In this document: piece after piece, positions 9,111-17,711 of the stretch
Layout of the letters: each line of letters opens with the position of its first letter
Numbering within the stretch: position 1 is the stretch's first letter
Assembly (NCBI GenBank): GCA_046757525.1
Contig: JBHHYI010000014.1
Coordinates: 1-42,762, forward strand
From: a bacterium
Lineage (GTDB): Bacteria; Zhuqueibacterota; Zhuqueibacteria; Oceanimicrobiales; Oceanimicrobiaceae
Reading direction: 5' to 3'
DNA length: 42,762 nucleotides
The notes under the pieces: model-generated
Seen by the model: the letters and a program-made list of their open reading frames with translations, nothing else
Database searches by the model: none
Told to the model about the DNA's origin: nothing
Translations under genes and position numbers: made by a program

Positions 9111-11093
9111 TTAGTTAAATATTGGCTTACCTACCATCTGTTTTTCTTTGGCAATGCCGTATTCGGCAAGAATGGTAGGAGCGAGATCAAATAGTTTTGG
9201 GTGCTCTGCCTTTATGGGTTTATTGCTTAAGATGATGCCAGGCACCAGCTCTGGCGCCATGCAATGATCGCCGCTCCAGGGGTCCAGGTTGTCTTCAATC
9301 CACTTTTGCGGAAAGTTTCCGATGGTGGTCTCCCAGGAAGCGCGGTAGCCGCGATTGTAACCGACGATTAGATCCGGCCCCTTGTCTGCGTACTGACCGG
9401 AGTAAACGTCCTCCGCGCGATACACCCGGCTCACCACCACACTGCCGTCCTTGGGATCCCGCAGTGCCAACAGCTTCTGGCTAATTTCCTGGATTAAGGC
9501 CTCCTTTTCATCCGCTGTGACAATGCCACTCGCCTCACGTCCTCTCATGTTGAAATACAACCCATTGAAGCCCACGCCATAGGCCTTGGTCTGGGACCAA
9601 TCTACGTTCTGAAAAAATTCGCTTTCTGCCTGCTTTGACTCATCGATGAGTTTAATGTAGCCCTGGTCTTTCAACCAGGTGTTCAGGTGCACGGCCCGTC
9701 GAAACGGCGCAAATCCGTGGTCCGACATCACGATGACCGTGGTGTTGGGATCGGAGCGCGCCAGAACCTTCCCAACCACGGTGTCCAGGTTCTGGTAGAT
9801 TGAAGCCAGCACATTGCCAAACTTTTTGGCTTTTTCCGGGTCGTACGAAGGGTGCTGGGGATCGATCATGTTATAAAACATGTGTGCGTTCAAATCGGAA
9901 CTGGAAAAGTAAAAAAACAGAAGCCCGTCTTCAAAGTTGTTGAGCACGTAATCGAAAAGACGCATGCGCTCGTCCAAGACGAATTGACCCTGACCGTGAA
10001 AATCATCGTAATCAAACACGCCCCAGGAAAGCGCCTTGGTGTCTTCCGGCATGCCCTGGGTGTAGAAGAACCCGCAATGATCCTCCAATTCTTTGGCGTA
10101 GTCCTCAGGCGTGGAAATGGGCAAAGCCGGATTTGAAGGGTCAATGTTGATCGGGGTGACGTACAATTTGAAATTCGGCCGGACTTCCTTCAAGTAAAAA
10201 CGACAGATGCCGGTGACCGATTGCAAGCCCGGAATGAGCTCGAATTTGACCTGAGTCCAGTTACTCCATTCCTTTTCCTTCAAGAGTATTTGATGGTCTT
10301 GTACGACAATTTTTGCCGTGGGATACTCCGGATCACACCAGACTTTAAAGGGGATGGTTGCATCGGGTTCGCCTTTTCTAAAAGCATTCTTGGGGCCAAC
10401 CAGTTTGGCTTCCACCTCATTGTTGACCGGTTGCACCGGGTAGACGATCCCACCAGAAATGTCGTCGCGATTGGGCGGCGGATCATCTGTGTAATAGGAA
10501 AAAGTGCCGTAGGAGCCGAGCAAATCCGGCGTGCCCATGCCGCTGACGGATTTCCCTTTCGATTTTACCGGCGGGAAATTGGCCGGCACCTTGAACACCG
10601 TAGTCGGAATGCCGTGGTCCTCGAGAACCTCCCAAAAAGCTCTGCCCTTGCGCAGCAGTTCCACCTTGCCGCCCGACAAAGGAATCACCCAGTTGCCAAT
10701 GGTGATAGTCCTTTTAGAGCCTTCGGTTTTGGCCGTAGAAGAAACAGGTATCATGAGCGTAGGATCCCGATGGATGAAATCGAAAATGCCGTGTCCACCG
10801 GGATTCATGCCGGTGATGAAATTGGACCAGGCAACAGGACTTTGAGGCGGATTGCTGGTGCCCAGAGTTTTGTAGTCTCCCATTTGTGCCAGTTTTGCGA
10901 GATTGGGTAGCAGACCCTGGTCCATGTACCTGGACAAGAGCTGTGGATCCATGCCGTCAAATCCGACGACGATCGTTTTGTGGTGCGGCACATTTGCTTT
11001 GCTGCGACTACATCCCCAATAGCAGGTGCCAAAGAGCAAAAACAACAGCGCCAGGCCTGCCAACTTGTTTCTGAGAATTGCAAATTTAATCAT
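9111..11093 (-). CDS. alkaline-phosphatase superfamily (nucleotide pyrophosphatase/phosphodiesterase-type) protein, possible lipoprotein
   Basis: VVGFDGMDP, QSPVAWS.F.TG..PG.HGIFDF, SSDLNAH, MSDHGF, WSGDH, DLAPTIL; N-terminal signal with an imperfect lipobox (YWGC). Confidence 0.85.
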   Translation of the reverse strand: MIKFAILRNKLAGLALLFLLFGTCYWGCSRSKANVPHHKTIVVGFDGMDPQLLSRYMDQGLLPNLAKLAQMGDYKTLGTSNPPQSPVAWSNFITGMNPGGHGIFDFIHRDPTLMIPVSSTAKTEGSKRTITIGNWVIPLSGGKVELLRKGRAFWEVLEDHGIPTTVFKVPANFPPVKSKGKSVSGMGTPDLLGSYGTFSYYTDDPPPNRDDISGGIVYPVQPVNNEVEAKLVGPKNAFRKGEPDATIPFKVWCDPEYPTAKIVVQDHQILLKEKEWSNWTQVKFELIPGLQSVTGICRFYLKEVRPNFKLYVTPINIDPSNPALPISTPEDYAKELEDHCGFFYTQGMPEDTKALSWGVFDYDDFHGQGQFVLDERMRLFDYVLNNFEDGLLFFYFSSSDLNAHMFYNMIDPQHPSYDPEKAKKFGNVLASIYQNLDTVVGKVLARSDPNTTVIVMSDHGFAPFRRAVHLNTWLKDQGYIKLIDESKQAESEFFQNVDWSQTKAYGVGFNGLYFNMRGREASGIVTADEKEALIQEISQKLLALRDPKDGSVVVSRVYRAEDVYSGQYADKGPDLIVGYNRGYRASWETTIGNFPQKWIEDNLDPWSGDHCMAPELVPGIILSNKPIKAEHPKLFDLAPTILAEYGIAKEKQMVGKPIFN

Positions 11094-13266
11094 CGATTGA
11101 AACCTCTTCTTTTTCGATCATTGGCTCGACAATGGGTGCTGAAGCAATCTGCACTTCTGCTTGCACCAGGCCGTCGCCAAAAATGTTGTGTCCTTCCATA
11201 TACTTGGGTTTGCAAATTCCGAACAGCTCCAGAACGCTGGGCGCGATATCCATCAAGGCGGGTTTGGCTGCGACAATTTTCCGATTGGTGAAAATCACGC
11301 CGGGAACCAGGCGCGGATCGATACAGTGATCGCCGCTCCAGGCTTTCACATTGTCCTCGAAAATCTGGTCGTTCACCACACCCGTGGCGCCGTTCCAGGA
11401 GATGCGATAGCCGATGTTGTAGCCGCTGATCAGATCTGGACCGTTCTCTACGTAAGGTCCCTGGTAGATCTTTCTGCTGTCGAACATCTCGGTGATGGCG
11501 ACTTCGCCGGTCTTTGGATCCTTGAAGCCGGAAAGTTTGGCGATCAGCTCATCTTTCAAGGCCTGGTACTCCGCACCGGGAGCCACAATTCCATGTTTCT
11601 CCCGGCCTTTGACGTTGAGGTAAATACCGGCAAGGCCAAAGGCGTAAGCTCTCGTCTTTCGCCAATCCACGTCTTGAAAATATTCGCCCGATTCCGTCAA
11701 CCCTTCCTTGAGAATTAGATAACCCTGTTCTTTCAACCAGGCATTCAGATTTATGCCCCGTTTAAAGGGTTTAAATCCGTGGTCGGAAAGCACGATGAAA
11801 ACGTCGTCGTCGCGAATCTTAGCCATGGTTCGTCCCACAAGGTCGTCCATGCGCACGTAAAGCTCCTCGATAACCTTCTTGTACTTTTCGGTTTCTTTGC
11901 CGCGATTGGCCGGATGGTCCTCGTCGAGGGTGCGAAAAAACATGTGCTGAATGCGGTCCGTTGCATCTATGACCACCGCACACACCCCCTTCTTGGTTTT
12001 CTCCAGCGCATGGAAGAACTGTTTCTCTCGCTCTTCATGAATCAGATAGGCCTGTTCCAAAAAGGCTTGTTCGCTCAAAATGCCCTCGTTGAGCGACCAG
12101 GTGTCCTCAGCCAGCCCCAGGGTGGCGTACTTGCCAAAAAGCTTGGCCAGGTAAACGGAGTAAAAGTAAGGGTATGAAATGGGCAAGGCCGGCTTTTCCG
12201 GGTCGATGTTGATCGGCGTCATATACAGCTTGAACGTCGGCCCGGTTTCGATGAGATAGAACCGGACAATGCCCTGTACCTTGATTCCCAGTCCCGCCCT
12301 GAATTTGAGTTCGATCCAATCGGTATAGACACCCTTTTTAAGAGAATACTTTTTCTTGTCGATGAGGAGTTCAGCTTCCTGGTCGTTCAAAATATTGACC
12401 ACAAAGGGCAGCAGCATCGCTTCTTTCTTGCGCGTAATGGAGTTCTCGGGGCCTTTGATAAACCCTTCAACGCGATTGTCTTTCAACTGCACCACCGAGG
12501 TTTCCCCTCCGACTTTCAGGGGGTTCACGGATTCATCCGAAGTGAAAAAGGAGAAGGTCCCTTGTGTGCCCCAGAGGTCGGGCGCACACATGGCCGAAAG
12601 CAAGGCGCCGTTGAATTTCTCAGGCGGAAAAGTAATCGGCACGCGCAGCACATGGCTGAAAATACCGTTCTCCCCTAATATCTTCCAAAAACTCTTGCTG
12701 CGCCGCAGGAACCGAACCACGGGCTTGCCCAACGGGATTTCGTATTTGCCCAACTGCAACGTCCGCTTCGAACCCGTCACTTTCGAGGAGGAAAGTTCAG
12801 GCAAGTAGGAGTGGCGGTCCCGCGAAAGAAAGTCAAAAATGTTGTGGCGCCCTGGACTCACCCCGGTGGAAAAGGCCGACCAGGCCACGGGTGAAAGCGC
12901 CGGATAGGTCGTTTGCAGATGAGAGTACGCGCCACTGTTGCGAAGCTTTTGCAGGTTTGGCAGTTTGCCTTCTGCAAGCAAGCGCTCGGTAATCGTGGGT
13001 TCCAGGCCGTCGAGACCAAGAATGACCACGCGATCCGTTTGGGCCTGGGCCAGAGCCTTTCTGCGCTTGAAAAAGCGAAAAATGACTCTGATAGGCCAGG
13101 TTAGAAGCGTGAAGAACGCCATAAAAAAACTGGCAAACAGCATCAGAAAAGAAGTTAGGAATGCAAATCCTGCTCCTGGCCCAATATAAGCCAATGCAGG
13201 ACGAGAATCCACCAACACAAAAAATGCAATGAGAACTAATACCAAAAACCCAAATTTACGATTCAT
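11086..13266 (-). CDS. alkaline-phosphatase superfamily (nucleotide pyrophosphatase/phosphodiesterase-type) protein with signal peptide and TM helix
   Basis: ILGLDGLEP, LSPVAWS, TDRIQH, LSDHGF, WSGDH, DIAPS; paralog of the adjacent gene with an 8-bp overlap; N-terminal ALA-YIGPGAG plus a hydrophobic helix. Confidence 0.85.
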   Translation of the reverse strand: MNRKFGFLVLVLIAFFVLVDSRPALAYIGPGAGFAFLTSFLMLFASFFMAFFTLLTWPIRVIFRFFKRRKALAQAQTDRVVILGLDGLEPTITERLLAEGKLPNLQKLRNSGAYSHLQTTYPALSPVAWSAFSTGVSPGRHNIFDFLSRDRHSYLPELSSSKVTGSKRTLQLGKYEIPLGKPVVRFLRRSKSFWKILGENGIFSHVLRVPITFPPEKFNGALLSAMCAPDLWGTQGTFSFFTSDESVNPLKVGGETSVVQLKDNRVEGFIKGPENSITRKKEAMLLPFVVNILNDQEAELLIDKKKYSLKKGVYTDWIELKFRAGLGIKVQGIVRFYLIETGPTFKLYMTPINIDPEKPALPISYPYFYSVYLAKLFGKYATLGLAEDTWSLNEGILSEQAFLEQAYLIHEEREKQFFHALEKTKKGVCAVVIDATDRIQHMFFRTLDEDHPANRGKETEKYKKVIEELYVRMDDLVGRTMAKIRDDDVFIVLSDHGFKPFKRGINLNAWLKEQGYLILKEGLTESGEYFQDVDWRKTRAYAFGLAGIYLNVKGREKHGIVAPGAEYQALKDELIAKLSGFKDPKTGEVAITEMFDSRKIYQGPYVENGPDLISGYNIGYRISWNGATGVVNDQIFEDNVKAWSGDHCIDPRLVPGVIFTNRKIVAAKPALMDIAPSVLELFGICKPKYMEGHNIFGDGLVQAEVQIASAPIVEPMIEKEEVSIDD

Positions 13267-13318
13267 CGCTTACTCCGTTAGAATACACTGTTTTTCTCAC
13301 ACATCGGCAAACGCTGGC

Positions 13319-13447
13319 GGCTGTCCAAAAAGTCATCGTTTTCTGTCATTCCCGCGGAAGCGGGAATCTACAACCCGTTGATTTTTCTGGATTCCTGCTT
13401 TCGCAGGAATGACAAATCAGAATTCTTTTCCGACTGTTTGGACAGCC
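13319..13447. mobile_element. 129-bp MITE-like element enclosing an inverted REP (dRS3-like) pair
   Basis: Terminal inverted repeats ggctgtccaaaaagtc (13319-13334) / gactgtttggacagcc (13432-13447), 15/16 match. Internal tgtcATTCCCgcggaagcGGGAATct (13344-13369) and ggATTCCtgctttcgcaGGAATgaca (13389-13414). Confidence 0.65.
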
Positions 13448-13512
13448 CTTAGCGTCTGTTCAGGATAGCAAGACACAAACCATTAGAAAAGGCCAGCATC
13501 TTGGAATCTCCA

Positions 13513-13812
13513 TTACAAATACCCCAACTCTCTCAGTCGTTGCTCTACTTGCGCCTTATCCTCGGGTTCAAGTTCACGTTTGACAGGAATATCGGCCAAC
13601 GGATGCTTTACTTTACCCCAGCCAATTTTTGCCCATGCGCGCTCGTGCAAATAGTAGAAACCCATCTTGGCGATCACCTCAACCACCCCCGCACCAAGCG
13701 ATGCTATCAGCTTGCCGGTGAAGAGATAAATGATCGAAATCGTTACCAACGTGCCACAACCACGATAGGTGATCGCTTTCAAAATGGTTCGCTTACGGTT
13801 CTCGCTGTTCAT
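13513..13812 (-). CDS. DUF2061-family small membrane protein with an LGY tail
   Basis: RTILKAITYR..GT..T..I.YLFTG, K...YYLHERAW..I.WG are characteristic of DUF2061; ends QVEQRLRELGYL. Confidence 0.8.
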   Translation of the reverse strand: MNSENRKRTILKAITYRGCGTLVTISIIYLFTGKLIASLGAGVVEVIAKMGFYYLHERAWAKIGWGKVKHPLADIPVKRELEPEDKAQVEQRLRELGYL

Positions 13813-13857
13813 GTTGTCAGTCCTGAATGCCTGTTCCGTGCAGGCAAGATGGCGGCC

Positions 13858-15732
13858 TCACCGGATATAACCGAGGCTCTTGAGTTTCTTAATCGTTTTT
13901 TTGTCCAGCTTAACCCCTTTGGATTGCGGCGTCGCTTTTGCAATGGCCTGGGCATATTGCTTGAGTTCTTTTTGCATCTCCAGAGCTTTCTTATTATTAT
14001 CATGATTGCTTAAGTTGTGCTGTTCACCGGGGTCGCTTTGCAAATCATAGAGCTCCCCGGTGTTGTGTTGTTTGTCATAGATGTATTTGTAATTTCCAAT
14101 TCGGTAAGCCACTAAGCTGCCGCGTTCACTAACGATGGGACGCTGACTCACATGGTCGGTGGCGTTCATCAATTCCAGGATGCTCTTGCCCATGAGATTG
14201 GCATCCCGAGCCTGCCCCAGGAAGTCGAGAATGGTCGGCAGCAAATCCACTGCCTGCACGGGAATGTCGACCACGCCACGTCTTTCTCCATTCGGGAAAC
14301 GCATGATCAACGGCACACGCAATAACTCGTCATACAGCGAATTGCCATGACCGGTCATGCCATGTTCCATAAATCCTTCACCGTGATCAGCAGTCAGGAT
14401 GATCAGGCTATTGTCGTAGACGCCCTCCTTTTTCAGCTTCTGGAACAGGAGGCCGAGTTCATCGTCCAGGGCGCGAATCTCGCCGTCATAGAGCGATTTG
14501 AGCTCCTGGATGTCGTCCTGCGTTAACTTGATCTTACCTTCCACCAGGTCGTCGTTGAATTTCTTCCAATTCTCCCTGGCCTTGATCCATTTCTTACCCT
14601 GGGCGGGAACATAGTTCACTTTGTCGCGCAAGCCGAACAGGTCTATATACTTGGCCGGCGGCGTGTAGGGCGCATGGACATCCAGGTAATGCAAATAAGC
14701 AAAGAACTTGCGGTATTTGTTGACAGGCAGCCAACCAATGAATTTCTGATTGATGAGCGGTGCAATGCCCAGGTAAGTATCGTAGTAATCGAATCCCTGG
14801 GCAAATCCCATGTACGCGCGCAACTGGCCCTGATCGATGAAACCAGCGGTGTTGTAACCGGCCTCCTGCAAATATTCCGCCATGGTTTTGAAGGAGTCAT
14901 CCAGGATGTCTGAAATATAATTTCCGGCAGCATCCCTGCGATTGCTTCGCACTACATGGTGTTGCGAAGGATACAGCGAAGTAAACAAAGAGGCGATGGA
15001 CGGCTTGGTGTGGTTGCTTTGCGAAAAGGAATTGGTAAACACCAGACTTTCCCTGGCAAAATTATCGATATTAGGGCTGGTTGGTTTGGCATATCCGTAG
15101 CAGCCCAAATGGTCGTAGCGGAGAGCATCGATTAAAATGACGAGGACATTGGGCTCCCCCTTTTGAAATTGGTGTTTCTTGATGAAAGCAAGGCCATTTA
15201 AGGCCACAAGAATGGTAACAAAACTCACCGCCGTGCTGAGCACAACTTTTGAGGAGCCTCCTCTACTAAGCCTGACCTGGGCCCTCGCCAAAACGAAAGC
15301 GACGAGAAAACTGCCCAGGAGAATGATCGCATCATAAAAAATAGCCCGTATTGAGAAAGCGGCTGGAAACCACTGCTGCTGCGTATTAAACTCATAGGCG
15401 ACCACGGCGAACAACAATCCGGCCGCGCTGAGCATTCTGATGCGCGAAATGGCTTTTTGTCCAAATCCGGGTAATATCTTCATAATTAGGAGAAGTAGAA
15501 TCTCAAGAACTACAAAGACCAAAACAAAAATGAAAACCTCTTGGTTGAGAAAAAACTGCAAGTAAGACAAAATGACATCCGACTTGCCGGTTGAGAGGTA
15601 AGCCCGGGCGATATCACTTAGCAGAAAACGGGAGACTCCAAGAATAAACCCACAAAACAGACCGTATGTTAGGCCAACAGCAAAATTGGAGATGTCCCCT
15701 TTTTGATCATTCCATGAAATATTTCGAACCAT
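13858..15732 (-). CDS. membrane-anchored sulfatase-fold protein (non-canonical, Thr at the nucleophile position)
   Basis: About 5 N-terminal TMs, PNVLVILIDALRYDH, SNHTKPSIASLFT, HYLDVHAPY, TADHGE, DLLPTIL, ELYDL..DPGE; ends IKKLKSLGYIR. Confidence 0.85.
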   Translation of the reverse strand: MVRNISWNDQKGDISNFAVGLTYGLFCGFILGVSRFLLSDIARAYLSTGKSDVILSYLQFFLNQEVFIFVLVFVVLEILLLLIMKILPGFGQKAISRIRMLSAAGLLFAVVAYEFNTQQQWFPAAFSIRAIFYDAIILLGSFLVAFVLARAQVRLSRGGSSKVVLSTAVSFVTILVALNGLAFIKKHQFQKGEPNVLVILIDALRYDHLGCYGYAKPTSPNIDNFARESLVFTNSFSQSNHTKPSIASLFTSLYPSQHHVVRSNRRDAAGNYISDILDDSFKTMAEYLQEAGYNTAGFIDQGQLRAYMGFAQGFDYYDTYLGIAPLINQKFIGWLPVNKYRKFFAYLHYLDVHAPYTPPAKYIDLFGLRDKVNYVPAQGKKWIKARENWKKFNDDLVEGKIKLTQDDIQELKSLYDGEIRALDDELGLLFQKLKKEGVYDNSLIILTADHGEGFMEHGMTGHGNSLYDELLRVPLIMRFPNGERRGVVDIPVQAVDLLPTILDFLGQARDANLMGKSILELMNATDHVSQRPIVSERGSLVAYRIGNYKYIYDKQHNTGELYDLQSDPGEQHNLSNHDNNKKALEMQKELKQYAQAIAKATPQSKGVKLDKKTIKKLKSLGYIR

Positions 15733-15783
15733 GATTCCTCTTGAACGGTTTCAATTTCTGCCAATAGCGAGTCCACAACAATA

Positions 15784-17709
15784 CTATTTTATGTAACCCA
15801 AAGAACGCAGTCGCTCCATGGTTTTCTTGTCAAAGTCCTGCTTAAAGAAATTACCCGGAATATAAACGAGTTCCGGTTTCTTAAAGTCGCTTTCGATCCA
15901 ATTATTTAAATCTTGTTTAAGGGACGCAGCAATAGCAGGATCAGACTCAATCAGGTTGTTTAGTTCGTATGGGTCCGCAGGAATATTGTAGAGTTCATAC
16001 ACCTTTCTGTCCTTTCGCACATCCAGAATAATTTTCCAATCATTCTTTCTCAGCGCAAGGAAATTGCGTTCTTTTCGGAACATTACGCTATAAGCCACAG
16101 ATTGCCAAAGCGAATCTGCACCATTTGTCAGTGGCACAAGACTTTTCCCTTGAAATTGCTTTGGGATTGGCACTTCCAGGAGATTGAGAATAGTTGGTGC
16201 AATATCAATACTTTGCACAACCTCTGGAATTCTCATGTTAACCGGCAACTCTCCGGGCATGGAAAAAATTAGAGGTATCCTCAAACTGGAATCATACACG
16301 CCATAATGCCCGTACTCCATGCCGTGTTCATAAAGGTTTTCTCCATGATCTCCTGTGATGACCAAAATTGAATTGTCGAGCAAGTCCAATGCCTTCAATC
16401 GATCGACGATGCGTTTGATCTGATAGTCTGCAAAAGCGACCTCGCCATCATACAGCGCGGTGTAATGATCTTTATCCGCCTCTGACAGCTTCAACTTGTG
16501 GTTAACGATCAAGTCGATCTGCTTCATGCTGCCGTTGGCTTTACCTGAATATCCTGTTTCAAATTTTGCCAGGTAATCATGCGGGGGTTTGTACGGCGCA
16601 TGCGGATACAGCCACTGTACCCACAAAAAGAAAGGACCGCTTTGGTGCTTCTCTATCCATGAAAGCGCCAGGGAAGTGAAAATGTCGTTGAAGGTAGCGC
16701 GGTCGACCAATCGAACAAGATTTAGTGAATGTACCCACATAGCTAAAGTGGAATTCGTGTAGTCAAAACTCGCTTGATCGACAAAAGTGTCAAAACCGCG
16801 ATTAAAATTATAATGACTCCCGACAAGGCTATTTGTCACAAAAGCTCCATTTGTGTACCCATGTGCCTTTAATACCTTTGCTAAAGTCTGAAGCTTGGGG
16901 TTCAAACTCTTACCGTTGGGGAAAGCCCCGTGATCGTACGGATACATCGAAGTCATCATGGACGCATGGGACGGTAGGGACGAAGCCCATTGAACGTACG
17001 TTTGTTCAAACAGCACACCTCGCTTGGCGACCTCGTCAATGGCTGGTGAAGTTTCTTTTTCATAGCCGTAGCAACTCAGATGGTCAGCTCGTAATGTATC
17101 CACAATCAGCAAAACCACATTCGGTTTTTTGCTTTTAGCGAATTCCCCGGAAGTTAAATTATGAGCAAAGGCTAAAACCAAAGCGGCTGACCAAACAAGC
17201 ACTATGGATCGGCTGCCACCTTTCTTCAAGAATCCAAGTTTCAACTTCCACTCTTTAGAGATTCTTGCAGCAATCTCCGCCGATACGACCGCAACTATGA
17301 TGACTGCCAAATCATAAAGCAAAGATTCTCTTGATACTAACGACCGAGGCGAGTCATGGTTAATCCAGATACCGAGAGTAAAAGCTACTGCAAAAAACCA
17401 AATAAGCCGTGGTGTCCAAAGCCGCATGCTTTCTCTGGCCAGACCCAACAGTTTGTTGAACACAAAGTAGATCAGGTTGCCGGCCAAAAGTCCAACCGAT
17501 AGCATAAAAGCCATGAATATTACCGTTGCAAGCGAGATAAATTCGACCAGGTCAGCAATCAAGTCAAATCCGAAAGGATTACTCGCAAGGACCTTACCTG
17601 CGATGACCGCAGCTTCAAACAGGCCGACGAAGAATCCCACCAAAACACAAATTTGTAATGTCCGGACAACGGTATCCTTGTAGCTCATCACTCCCACGGA
17701 ATTTGACAT
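15784..17709 (-). CDS. membrane-anchored sulfatase-fold protein (non-canonical S-x-P-x-H motif)
   Basis: About 5 N-terminal TMs, PNVVLLIVDTLRADH, ASSLPSHASMMT, PHAPY, TGDHGE, DIAPTIL; ends MERLRSLGYIK. Start taken as the ATG at 17709 after GGAGG. Confidence 0.85.
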   Translation of the reverse strand: MSNSVGVMSYKDTVVRTLQICVLVGFFVGLFEAAVIAGKVLASNPFGFDLIADLVEFISLATVIFMAFMLSVGLLAGNLIYFVFNKLLGLARESMRLWTPRLIWFFAVAFTLGIWINHDSPRSLVSRESLLYDLAVIIVAVVSAEIAARISKEWKLKLGFLKKGGSRSIVLVWSAALVLAFAHNLTSGEFAKSKKPNVVLLIVDTLRADHLSCYGYEKETSPAIDEVAKRGVLFEQTYVQWASSLPSHASMMTSMYPYDHGAFPNGKSLNPKLQTLAKVLKAHGYTNGAFVTNSLVGSHYNFNRGFDTFVDQASFDYTNSTLAMWVHSLNLVRLVDRATFNDIFTSLALSWIEKHQSGPFFLWVQWLYPHAPYKPPHDYLAKFETGYSGKANGSMKQIDLIVNHKLKLSEADKDHYTALYDGEVAFADYQIKRIVDRLKALDLLDNSILVITGDHGENLYEHGMEYGHYGVYDSSLRIPLIFSMPGELPVNMRIPEVVQSIDIAPTILNLLEVPIPKQFQGKSLVPLTNGADSLWQSVAYSVMFRKERNFLALRKNDWKIILDVRKDRKVYELYNIPADPYELNNLIESDPAIAASLKQDLNNWIESDFKKPELVYIPGNFFKQDFDKKTMERLRSLGYIK

Positions 17710-17711
17710 AC

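Noticed and set aside
10221..10910. 229-aa plus-strand ORF
   Set aside because: Antisense shadow of a well-supported AlkP gene; no recognisable motifs.
13501..14013. 170-aa plus-strand ORF and the 64-aa minus-strand ORF at 13809-14003
   Set aside because: Both overlap the better-supported DUF2061 and sulfatase genes and show no family signal.
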